A stretch of DNA of 60,757 nucleotides, the filler included, from Candidatus Tectimicrobiota bacterium (GTDB lineage Bacteria; JACPSX01), in NCBI GenBank assembly GCA_016193065.1. It is 7 parts of 7 records of this genome, joined end to end, with 100 filler letters (N's around TTAATTAATTAA, not from the genome) between each part and the next. Parts side by side here need not be neighbours in the genome. Positions count along the whole stretch, not along the records: positions 5,144 to 26,852 come from JACPSX010000280.1; positions 26,953 to 30,670 come from JACPSX010000075.1; 5 more parts are not named here. One strand, given 5' to 3'. How positions within the stretch are numbered: the stretch's first letter is position 1; each line of letters begins with the position of its first letter. The notes beneath the pieces are model-generated. The model saw only the letters and a program-made list of their open reading frames with translations. It ran no database searches and was not told where the DNA came from. The translations under genes were made by a program, and so were the position numbers. Below are positions 20,209 through 28,947 of the stretch, in pieces.

Positions 20209-21091
20209 AGCAACCTGGGGATCGGCAATCGCCTTTGACCTGTTTCTGGCCGGCCTGAGTGGGGGGTCATTTCTCTTGGCAGCTTTGGCTTCCGACCAGG
20301 ACGAGATAGGCTGGGAGGCCTGCGGCAGGACATCCTCTCTTCTAGCCCCGGCAGCCCTGGCCGCCGGTATGGCCATGCTACTCCTGGACCTGGGCCAGAA
20401 ACACCGGTTCTGGCAGCTCCTGGTGCGCTTCAACCCGGTTTCCCCCATGTCCATCGGAACCTGGCTTCTTGCGGCTTTCGCCGTTATTTGTGTGGTGTTC
20501 GCCCTTTTCTGGCTGCCGGAGGATTGGAGGCGGCGCATTCCTGTCGTGGGGAAATGGCCTTTCTGGAGCGACCGGACGTGGCGCGGAAGGTTCGGAATCA
20601 TCGGCGTGCCGTTTGCCGTGGCCGTCACGATTTATACGGCTGTCCTGTTGTCCGTAACTTCCATACCCCTGTGGCGGAATTATCTGCTGCCGCCCGTTTT
20701 CTTCTTTTCCGCCCTGGCCACGGGTTTTTCCGGCGGGGTTCTTCTGAGCGTTCCCTGGCCAGCGAAAATCCGGACAAAAGATCTTTCCCGCCCGCTGGAA
20801 TTCATCCGGAAAGTCTTCCGGATCATTCTCCCATCTCTATTGCTGACCTTGGTGTTCTTCATGGCTCTCGTCCCCGGCAAGGTGGAGGAGAAAAACGTTT
20901 TCGGAGCGTTGGTAGGAGGGTGGACGGGAGCGCTGTGGGGGGGAGGAATCGGTTTAGGGATCGTTTTGCCCTTGATTCTCTGCCTCTCCAGGAAGCGCTG
21001 GTCGATTCTCCGTGCCGTCACCATTTTCGCCACAGTCCTGATCGGAGGACTGATTTTGCGCTGGGTTCTCGTGGTGGCCGGTCAGATGTAA
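20201..21091 (+). CDS. NrfD/PsrC membrane anchor
   Basis: W...IA..LFLAGLSGG, LDLG...RF, SPMSIGTW, P..F..SAL.TG, GG.ILR. Confidence 0.88.
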   Translation: MTEATWGSAIAFDLFLAGLSGGSFLLAALASDQDEIGWEACGRTSSLLAPAALAAGMAMLLLDLGQKHRFWQLLVRFNPVSPMSIGTWLLAAFAVICVVFALFWLPEDWRRRIPVVGKWPFWSDRTWRGRFGIIGVPFAVAVTIYTAVLLSVTSIPLWRNYLLPPVFFFSALATGFSGGVLLSVPWPAKIRTKDLSRPLEFIRKVFRIILPSLLLTLVFFMALVPGKVEEKNVFGALVGGWTGALWGGGIGLGIVLPLILCLSRKRWSILRAVTIFATVLIGGLILRWVLVVAGQM

Positions 21092-21124
21092 GCCACGAAG
21101 TTCCCGTATGAGGAGGTCAGGTCA

Positions 21125-21445
21125 ATGAAACGGAGTGGAAACCTCAAAGTAGCAGCGATTGGAATCCTGGCTGTGTTTCTCGCGTTCAGCCTGTTCTCTT
21201 CCGCCGCGGCGGAAGAGCGCAAGATCAAGACGCTGGATTTGAACAAGGCTACGGTGGAAGAGCTGGCAAAAATCCCGGGCCTCAACAAACAACTGGCTCA
21301 GGCCATCGTGAATTACCGCGACGAGACGGGGGACATCCATGCGCTCACCGAGCTTCTCAAGATCAAAGGCATCAACCGGGATCTTTTGAGAAAAATTCAA
21401 CCTTACGTGAATCTGGAGTCCGTGGGAGGCGATTGCACATGCTAG
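21125..21445 (+). CDS. Exported helix-hairpin-helix (ComEA-like) protein with C-terminal CxC
   Basis: Signal peptide; LDLNKATVEELAKIPGL, IVNYR...G, LLKIKGI; ends GGDCTC. Confidence 0.85.
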   Translation: MKRSGNLKVAAIGILAVFLAFSLFSSAAAEERKIKTLDLNKATVEELAKIPGLNKQLAQAIVNYRDETGDIHALTELLKIKGINRDLLRKIQPYVNLESVGGDCTC

Positions 21446-24400
21446 CCCTAATCCGAAAAAAAACAACCTGGTTGATCCGCGCCGTTGGCCCGCAGGACCT
21501 GTCGCCGGGTCGCCTCCTCGATCCGCGCTACGTCACCCTGACGAGGGTCCCACTTTCGCGCGGCTCTGCGGAGGCATCCCCGACGCCACCCGCGGGCCTC
21601 AGCCGGATGACCCCGACAGAGAATTTCGGATTGAGGTTAGTCCTCTCCCCTTCGCGATGGGTCCTGCGCTTTGCAGTGAATGCGTTTCTGGCAGGCTCTC
21701 TGATTTTTCTTGTGTGCCCGGCCACGGCGTCTGCGGCGGCGGAGACCGTCAGGGGCCTTTCCCCGTCCGAGGATGCAACCTACATTCCCGACCTGGGCGG
21801 GCTGCAAAACAAAAAAATGCATAACCATTTCGGGCAGGAGCGGGATCTGCAGGAATGCGTGGTGCTGCGGGGGTCCAGCGTGAAAGAGGGGAAGGTCTCC
21901 ATCCCTCCGGGAGGTTTGTTCTATGCTTCCAGCTCGCCGGCAACCGCCCGGCCGCTGGTCCGGGACCCTTTTCTCGTCCTTGGTGAGGAGGCCTACCTCG
22001 TAAAGCTCACCGTTGATAGAGCAGTCAAGACCGATTTCAAGGTCGACGTGCGTCAAAAGGCCCTCCTGGATCCCTCCGGGTATCGCCTCTGGTATGAATA
22101 CGCCACCGATCATTACGGGAAACCCTACGGGGAATTCGCCCTCATCTCCCCATCCGGCGGCTGGCCCGTGGAAATGCCGATCTCCACGTCCTTTCCGGGG
22201 CCCATGAAGGCTCTGGAAACGAAAAGACCCGCCGGCATCACCCCGCAGTCCAGAGATTTCTATCTCTCGGATACCTATCTGTACGGCGCCACAACGCTGA
22301 CCGCCAAGAAAGTCGACGAGAAGCAGGCTCTCTTCTCCCGGATCGAATATCCGGTGATCAAAGAAGCGGTCTTCTCCCTGGACCGCCCCTCGATCCTCAA
22401 AGTCCGCCAGGGGACCTTTCGCTGGTATTGGGGCAAAAGGATCTACGCGTTCCGAGAAGCGGAAGGAATCCGGGTCGAGGTGCGCAACTGGACCGGGAAA
22501 AAAATCCTGGCCCAAAAAATGATCCCACCCGCCACTTCCCAGCAATACAAGGTCCTTCAGCAAGACGATCTGAGCCTCACCCTGGACGATCTGCACATCG
22601 AAATCGTGGTGGATCCTTCCTGGTACAAGGGGTCGGACTATGCTCCATGGGTGACCGGTGTCCCCTATGACTGGAAGCAGGGAACCGTATCCTTCCGGAT
22701 CTACGATGACCTGGTTCGCCTGGAGGACGGCCAACCCTGGCCCAACGATCCCCGCTACCTCGTCCGCCTGGAAGCCGACCTGATGAGCGGGTTTCTCAAG
22801 AGAATCACCCTGGAGAATCAGGAAGCGATCATCCTGGATAAGGATCACCCGACCTACGCCGGCCCGGTGAAATACTCCGAGATCTGGGACCGGAGATTCT
22901 TCAACCTGGTCCTTGGCAAGATTGACAAGGATGTGGTGAAGAACTACTACCTTCGCGACTCCATGCTTCGCCGCACCGATAATTTGATTCTCTGGCCCGA
23001 AGGCCGCACAAACGTGGACTTTTTCATCGGGAAGAGCGAGCTGGTCGTCTCCGTGATGGAGGATACCTTCCTGATGCGGCTCGCGGATCCAACCTACGGG
23101 GTCCCCGTCGTCCCCTCGAAGTTCGCCTCTTATCCCCCTGTCATTCCGACGGCCCGTTGGTTCGCGCCGGACCCCACCTGCGCCTTTGTCCCCAAGATGA
23201 AAGGTCTGGTGCGCAAGTTCGTAAGGAACCGGAAGGGGGAGAGGCTGACGGCCGCCGAGGCCATCGTGATCCGCGGCAGCTACGTCGATTATCGGAAAGG
23301 GAAGATCATCATCCCTCCCGCCGGGCTGTACTACTCCTCGCGAAACAACCGCAACGTCCGCCCCCTGGCCGGAGAGTCCTTTTACCTCCTGGGGAAGCAA
23401 ATCTATCTGCTGAACAACAAGAGCTATCTCGTGGTCAGAAAGGATTTCAGGATCGACAAGTGGGATCAGTTTCCCATGGGGGACGGAAACCTCCTCTTCT
23501 GGCAGGACCTTCCCCTGGGAGACGGCACCAAGGCTTTGCGATACACGGACTCGGGATTCCTCTGGGATCGCCCGTTGGCTCTGTTGCGCGTCACCAAGTA
23601 CTCGGGGAATACCTGGGGGGCCAATCTGTTGATGGCGCCGGGTCTGAAGAGCTATCCGGACCACTCCAGCGACCGCTCCGAGCCGAAGAACTCGGCCGAG
23701 CCCTTCCATTACTCCATGCCCCCGTTTGCCGCCGAGGGTGCGACCTATCTGATTCCGCGCTGGGTCACACCGAACATGGTGGAAGTGGCGGACATGGGGA
23801 CGCCGGGGATGGATTGGATTCTCGTATCCTACCAGGAAGCCGAGAAAAAAACGGTATCCGTGGGGGGCAGTTTCGCCTTTGCAGACTTCCAGCTCCATCT
23901 ACGCAAGATGGATCCGGGAGGCAAGACCATCCATTTTGCCGTCCTGGACACATCCGGTGTTCTTTTGGACACGAAAGTTCTGGGCCCCATCACAGGCGAG
24001 GTCTACGCCACCCTGCCCCAGTACGGCCCTTCCCGGGAGAAGGTCATGTTCCAGTTCCAGAACATCCACCTGGAGATCGAGGTCCCGGTGAATTTCCAGG
24101 CCGGCAAAGCGACCGTGTATGTGACCGGGGGCGTGATGAAGCTCGAGCGCGATAAGCCCTGGCCCGGGGACAAACGATTCGTCATGCGGCCGGATGTCTG
24201 CGGCCACTGCTACATGCTCAACGAATTCATCCTCGATAATCCGGAGCCCATCGTTCTCGACGCCGAAAATCCCGTCTACGAGGGGCCCGAAGGATATTTC
24301 AAGATCGTGGTCGATGATTTCGACGGGGAAGCGATCAATGCCTGGCACATCGAGGACAGCGAGGGGAGGAAAACTCCCAATCTGGCCGAGTACCCCCGCA

Positions 24401-24504
24401 ACAACCTGGATGTCATGGTGGGAGTCAATGGGACGACGGAGAGCTTTCTCCGGAAAACCCTGCTGGAGCGCCTGTCTTACAGGGAGAAGTGGCGCTTGAA
24501 GTAA
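21439..24504 (+). CDS. Large exported protein of two homologous halves; CGHC in second half; in-frame MITE near N-terminus
   Basis: GGAGG RBS + ATG 21439; signal peptide after the MITE; repeated motifs in both halves. Confidence 0.8.
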   Translation: MLALIRKKTTWLIRAVGPQDLSPGRLLDPRYVTLTRVPLSRGSAEASPTPPAGLSRMTPTENFGLRLVLSPSRWVLRFAVNAFLAGSLIFLVCPATASAAAETVRGLSPSEDATYIPDLGGLQNKKMHNHFGQERDLQECVVLRGSSVKEGKVSIPPGGLFYASSSPATARPLVRDPFLVLGEEAYLVKLTVDRAVKTDFKVDVRQKALLDPSGYRLWYEYATDHYGKPYGEFALISPSGGWPVEMPISTSFPGPMKALETKRPAGITPQSRDFYLSDTYLYGATTLTAKKVDEKQALFSRIEYPVIKEAVFSLDRPSILKVRQGTFRWYWGKRIYAFREAEGIRVEVRNWTGKKILAQKMIPPATSQQYKVLQQDDLSLTLDDLHIEIVVDPSWYKGSDYAPWVTGVPYDWKQGTVSFRIYDDLVRLEDGQPWPNDPRYLVRLEADLMSGFLKRITLENQEAIILDKDHPTYAGPVKYSEIWDRRFFNLVLGKIDKDVVKNYYLRDSMLRRTDNLILWPEGRTNVDFFIGKSELVVSVMEDTFLMRLADPTYGVPVVPSKFASYPPVIPTARWFAPDPTCAFVPKMKGLVRKFVRNRKGERLTAAEAIVIRGSYVDYRKGKIIIPPAGLYYSSRNNRNVRPLAGESFYLLGKQIYLLNNKSYLVVRKDFRIDKWDQFPMGDGNLLFWQDLPLGDGTKALRYTDSGFLWDRPLALLRVTKYSGNTWGANLLMAPGLKSYPDHSSDRSEPKNSAEPFHYSMPPFAAEGATYLIPRWVTPNMVEVADMGTPGMDWILVSYQEAEKKTVSVGGSFAFADFQLHLRKMDPGGKTIHFAVLDTSGVLLDTKVLGPITGEVYATLPQYGPSREKVMFQFQNIHLEIEVPVNFQAGKATVYVTGGVMKLERDKPWPGDKRFVMRPDVCGHCYMLNEFILDNPEPIVLDAENPVYEGPEGYFKIVVDDFDGEAINAWHIEDSEGRKTPNLAEYPRNNLDVMVGVNGTTESFLRKTLLERLSYREKWRLK
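21446..21640. mobile_element. MITE-like element copy 2 (195 bp including duplicated TAG)
   Basis: Terminal IRs CCCTAATCCGAAA / TTTCGGATTGAGG; TAG on both sides; second copy at 15060. Confidence 0.78.
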
Positions 24505-24530
24505 CCCATTGCCGAAGGGGAATTCGCCTT

Positions 24531-25700
24531 ATGGAACTGGCCGTGGAAAAAGAACCCATTCCGGAACAGGCCGCGCCCCGGGGAAGATCCATCTGGAGGG
24601 CGCTCCCCAGCTTTCGGGAAGCGCGCCCGGGCCTTCTGGCCATGCTCGTCATCGCCCTCTTCTGCGAGCTGCCGGGAATTCCCTGGCCCTTCACCATCCA
24701 CGCTCTGTTGAAATACATCGATGAGGTCCTGCCTCCGATTTACGGGAAAGGGCTTTTCGTAGACCTTCTCCACTTCAACTATGTGCTGATTGCTTTGGTC
24801 GCGGGGATCGTGATTCGAAACGTCATCGGGGTTCCCAGGAGCTGGGAGCCCGGCTTGAGCTACAGCTCCGTGTTCATGAACACCGCCATCGTGATGCTGG
24901 GCTCCCAGTATCTGCTCCGGGATCTGGTGCGCATCGGAACCGTGGCGGTGGCGCTCATGGTCGTCTTTGTTTTCGGGGCCGCGGCTCTGGTGATTTTCCT
25001 GGGCCGCCTCTTCAGGGTAAACGACGCCCTCACGGGGGTCCTGGCGGCCGGATTTTCCTCCTGCGGAGTCTCCGCCTCCGTAGCCGCCGCGCCCATCGTG
25101 GGCGCCAGGAGCGAAGAGGTGACCTACTCCATCGCCACCATTCTCTCTTTCGGTCTCCTGTGCCTGTTCACCCTTCCCTACATCGGCAGAGCCCTGGGGA
25201 TGGAGGATTTCGCCTACGGCATCTGGTCCGCCGTGGGGATTTTAAACTCCGCCCAGGTCATCGCTTCAGGCTTCATGTACAGCTTTGACGCGGGCAAAGT
25301 GGCGGGTTTCGTCAACATCGCCCGGGTCGTCCTGATCCCCGCCGCCGTCCTGTTCATCGGCATCCTGATCCTCTCCCGGCAGGTTACCCAGGCGAAGATC
25401 AACAAGATGCAGGTAATCCGGGAGAAGTTTCCGGTGTTCGTCTTCGGATTTTTTGCTCTCTGGCTGGCCCGCTGCCTGGGCATGTTCCCCCGCCCCGCCG
25501 TGGAAGCGATGAGCAGCGTCATGACCTGGTTCTTCACCCTCTCCTTCGTCGGGCTGGGGCTCCAGACCAAGCTCGGGGATCTGCGGAAAGCAGGCCTTCA
25601 CGGAGTCATGATCGGCTACTTGGCCGGAGTGGTCAAAATCCTGCTTTCCCTGGCCGCCATCATGCTCCTGCTGAAGCTCGGGATGCTGCGAAGAGGTTGA
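24531..25700 (+). CDS. YeiH family putative sulfate exporter
   Basis: Multi-TM; IVMLG, G.S.CGVSA..A.API, QVIA.G, FVFGF, GLGLQT. Confidence 0.85.
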   Translation: MELAVEKEPIPEQAAPRGRSIWRALPSFREARPGLLAMLVIALFCELPGIPWPFTIHALLKYIDEVLPPIYGKGLFVDLLHFNYVLIALVAGIVIRNVIGVPRSWEPGLSYSSVFMNTAIVMLGSQYLLRDLVRIGTVAVALMVVFVFGAAALVIFLGRLFRVNDALTGVLAAGFSSCGVSASVAAAPIVGARSEEVTYSIATILSFGLLCLFTLPYIGRALGMEDFAYGIWSAVGILNSAQVIASGFMYSFDAGKVAGFVNIARVVLIPAAVLFIGILILSRQVTQAKINKMQVIREKFPVFVFGFFALWLARCLGMFPRPAVEAMSSVMTWFFTLSFVGLGLQTKLGDLRKAGLHGVMIGYLAGVVKILLSLAAIMLLLKLGMLRRG

Positions 25701-25703
25701 GAG

Positions 25704-25874
25704 ATGGCTGAAACGAACGAACAAGAAACGGGTACGGTCCAGGACCTGAAAGCCGTCGAAGCCGACGCCATCGCCAAGTTCCAGCGGCACCGCGTGGACG
25801 ACTACGTGGCCATCCTCTTAGGAGTGGGATCAGCTCTGATTCTGTGGCTGTTCCAGCTCATGGGTTTTTACTGA
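25704..25874 (+). CDS. 56-aa single-TM protein (not in ORF track)
   Basis: MAETNEQ...DDYVAILLGVGSALILWLFQLMGFY*; fills the gap between YeiH and Usp. Confidence 0.7.
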   Translation: MAETNEQETGTVQDLKAVEADAIAKFQRHRVDDYVAILLGVGSALILWLFQLMGFY

Positions 25875-25875
25875 A

Positions 25876-26418
25876 ATGAACTCTCGCATCCTCGTCGTGG
25901 TGAACTTGAACTTGGAAGATTCCTTTCTGGAGGCCGTTCTGGATTGGGCCCGGAAATCCGCCGGCAGCGTCATGGTGCTGCAGATCTTGACTTCCGACCT
26001 TTACCACTACGGGCATAACGACCTCCTGGCCGGCGGTCGCGCCAAGGCCGACTTCTTGCTCCACATCCGCCGGGAGGTCCTGGAAAAGGGGGAATCCCAG
26101 GCGGCCAGACTCCTGGCGGGAGCGAGAACCCGGGGGATTCAGATCCGTCTCATCCCCGTCGAGACCGAGAACCCGGCCGCGGCGGTCATCGCCGAGGCCA
26201 AGAGAGGCTATGACCTCGTTGTCGTTCCGAAAGAACCCAGGAGGCTATTGCCCCTCTTCCAGAAGTCATTGTTCCACGAGATTCGCGGGAAGGTGGACTG
26301 TGAGGTCACGGAAATGGACAATCCGCCCTCCCTAAAAGAGCGCAGATCTCCACAGAATCTTATCATCAGCGAAAGGAGGGAAAGGAGGGATGTGTATGGT
26401 GACCTGAAGAAAAAATGA
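25876..26418 (+). CDS. Universal stress protein-like
   Basis: RILVVV, P...VI.EA..GYDLVVV pattern. Confidence 0.7.
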   Translation: MNSRILVVVNLNLEDSFLEAVLDWARKSAGSVMVLQILTSDLYHYGHNDLLAGGRAKADFLLHIRREVLEKGESQAARLLAGARTRGIQIRLIPVETENPAAAVIAEAKRGYDLVVVPKEPRRLLPLFQKSLFHEIRGKVDCEVTEMDNPPSLKERRSPQNLIISERRERRDVYGDLKKK

Positions 26419-26457
26419 AAGCTGGGGTTGGGGGGCATTAGACACGGAGGTAAGGAG

Positions 26458-26852
26458 ATGAAAAGATCAAATCGATTTCTGCTTATAGTCCTTGTGGCTA
26501 TGGCAATTCCATTGATCTTCTCCGCTGCGGCTTTTGGGTGGCCCTCGGTCTACCCGACGGGGACCACCATCCACAATCCGGAGAAGGCGTTCAACGGCTA
26601 CACGTTGATCGCTCCCCTGGACGCGGGCAAGCCCACGGATGAGTTCTACGCCAACCCCGGAACCGCGTATCTGCTCGACATGAACGGAAACGTGGTCCAT
26701 CAGTGGAAGCTCCCCTTCCCGCCGGGGCTGCACGCCAGGCTGCTGCCGAACGGGAACCTCTTGTTCGCCGGCAGGAGCGGCAAGGTGGATCCTCCCGATC
26801 GGCCCGGCGTGGGTAAGTACCCCATGGGCGGCGCCGCCGGGTGGCTCATCGA
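26458..26852 (+). CDS. Aryl-sulfate sulfotransferase (ASST) family, 3'-partial
   Basis: Signal peptide; PSVYPTGTT...PEKAFNGYTL; LLDMNGNVVHQW; LLPNGNLL. Confidence 0.8.
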
Positions 26853-27039
26853 NNNNNNNNNNNNNNNNNNNNNNNNNNNNNNNNNNNNNNNNNNNNTTAA
26901 TTAATTAANNNNNNNNNNNNNNNNNNNNNNNNNNNNNNNNNNNNNNNNNNNNCCCTTCCGCCCGCTTCATCGTCCCGCCCGCCTTCCCCCTCTAACCCCG
27001 CAGGAGAGGGAGAACATGAGCATGATCGAGCAAATTACC

Positions 27040-27068
27040 TTGCTTTCCGGTGCATAGTGGGATAGAGT
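27040..27068 (+). promoter_or_regulatory. Putative sigma70 promoter (duplicated at 27789-27817)
   Basis: TTGCTT-N17-TAGAGT conserved in both RRM units. Confidence 0.55.
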
Positions 27069-27260
27069 CCATCCAGCTTCATCATGTGGGGGCTGGTGGT
27101 GAAGCGTAAACAGCAAGGCCCTCAACCGATGTTGTTTTGCCCGGGAATCGAATCGGAAGCCAGACCTAAGCGGCCGCGGTCTTCGCGTCTTCGGCCCGCT
27201 CCTTCCTTTCGTTCTTGTTTCTCGAGTTCAAGACAATATCACTATCCGAGGAGGAGCTCC

Positions 27261-27569
27261 ATGGGTTCGAAGATTTATGTGGGTGGCTTGCCCTATTCCG
27301 CGACCGAGCAACAGTTAAACGACCTGTTCGCGACACACGGAACTGTTGAGTCGGCGCGCGTGGTCACGGACAAGTTCACGGGGCAGTCACGCGGTTTCGG
27401 GTTCGTGGAGATGTCCACAGCCCAGGAAGCCCAGACTGCAATCCGGGAGCTGAACGGCACCCAACTGGATGGCCGCACATTGACCGTGAACGAGGCGAAG
27501 CCCCAGCAGCCCCGCACCGGTGGGGGCGGCTTCGGCGGAGGCCGTGGCGGCAAGCGCGAGCGCTGGTAG
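27261..27569 (+). CDS. RRM RNA-binding protein 1
   Basis: KIYVGGL (RNP2), RGFGFVEM (RNP1), Gly-rich tail. Confidence 0.95.
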   Translation: MGSKIYVGGLPYSATEQQLNDLFATHGTVESARVVTDKFTGQSRGFGFVEMSTAQEAQTAIRELNGTQLDGRTLTVNEAKPQQPRTGGGGFGGGRGGKRERW

Positions 27570-28008
27570 GGTCCGGCTTCGCAAGAGATTACGGGCCTGA
27601 CCTCATTACCCTAGGATACTTGAAGGAACATCCTTTCCTTTCACATAGCAGGGCGCCCGATCAGGCCATTCCGCTCATAACACAAAGCGGAAGGGCCACG
27701 TGTTGCCTTGCGTCTGTGCGAAGTCCAAAGGCATTCAGGTAAGCAAATGGTCAACAAGATCTTCCGCTCCCAGGTTGAGTGAATCACCTTGCTTTCCGGT
27801 GCATAATGAGATAGAGTCATTCAGCTTCATCATGTGCGGCCTGGTGGTGAAGCGCAATCAGCAAGGCCGTCAACTGATGTTGTTTTGTCCGGGAATCGAA
27901 TCGGAAGCTAGACCTAAGTCGCCGGAGTTTTCGTGCCTGTGGCCGTTCCTTCCTTTCGCTTCTTCTTTCTCGAGTCCAAGACAATATCACTCTCTAAGGA
28001 GGAACCCC

Positions 28009-28320
28009 ATGGGTTCGAAGATTTATGTAGGTGGCTTGCCCTATTCCGCGACCGAGCAACAGCTCAACGCCCTGTTCGCAACGCACGGAACCGTCGAGTC
28101 GGCACGCGTGGTCACGGATAAGTTCACGGGGCAGTCACGGGGCTTCGGTTTCGTGGAAATGTCCACAGCCGAGGAAGCCAAGGCCGCCATCAGCAAGCTG
28201 AACAGCACCCAAATGGACGGCCGGACGTTGACCGTGAACGAGGCGAAGCCCCAGGAGCCCCGCTCCGGTGGCGGCGGCTTCGGCGGAAACCGTGGTGGCG
28301 GCAATCGCGAGCGCTGGTAG
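28009..28320 (+). CDS. RRM RNA-binding protein 2
   Basis: Near-identical paralog of 27261-27569. Confidence 0.95.
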   Translation: MGSKIYVGGLPYSATEQQLNALFATHGTVESARVVTDKFTGQSRGFGFVEMSTAEEAKAAISKLNSTQMDGRTLTVNEAKPQEPRSGGGGFGGNRGGGNRERW

Positions 28321-28685
28321 GGCCAGCTCCGAAAGAGACTGCGAGGCTGCCTTCCTAACGTTCGGATGTTGAAGGAACATAGTTTCCTTTAACGTCACAG
28401 GGCACCCGGATAGGCCAGCGGCCCTTTACCGCAAGGTGGAAGGGCCGCTGGTCGTCTCGCGCGTTTGCAAGTGCCGTAGGTTCCATTTTCCTCGCTCACA
28501 TCCCCTCCAATGTAGGCTCCGTCTACCCCGTTTATTTCTCAACCCGGATTTGGTAACCCCACCCTCTCACCCAGACTCTTTCCCCCAAAGGGGGCGAGGG
28601 TTGAGAATAGAGCAGGAGCAATTTATGCGAACGATCGAAACGGCTATTGGTAAGGTTCAATCGTGTGTGGAATGGCGGTTTTTTA

Positions 28686-28761
28686 TGGAGCGGGCGACGG
28701 GCCTCGAACCCGCGACCCCAAGCTTGGGAAGCTTGTACTCTGCCAACTGAGCTACGCCCGC
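28686..28761 (-). tRNA. tRNA-Gly (CCC)
   Basis: GCGGGCGTAGCTCAGTTGG...CAAGC-TTCCCAA-GCTTG...GGTTCGAGGCCC...CCA, 76 nt. Confidence 0.95.
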
Positions 28762-28947
28762 TCCCCGGTCTTTAAACCGTATTCATTCTCAGCCAGCCTC
28801 GGGGCGTTGTCAAGGTGATTTTGGGGGTCCGTGTGCTATACTCCACTTCCTGTAAAGTGAGAGGCGCACCCCTTACCCTCTACCCTCTCCCACGGGGGAG
28901 AGGGAAAAGAGGAAATCGCAGAATTCAAATGAGTCCGTGAAAGTCCC

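Noticed and set aside
21637-23898. Long antisense ORFs (e.g. 21637-23898, 17243-18916, 503-2011, 6181-7446)
   Set aside because: Shadows of real genes in high-GC DNA; no motifs
28686-28761. Integrative element at tRNA-Gly
   Set aside because: No integrase or duplicated tRNA 3' end on this contig
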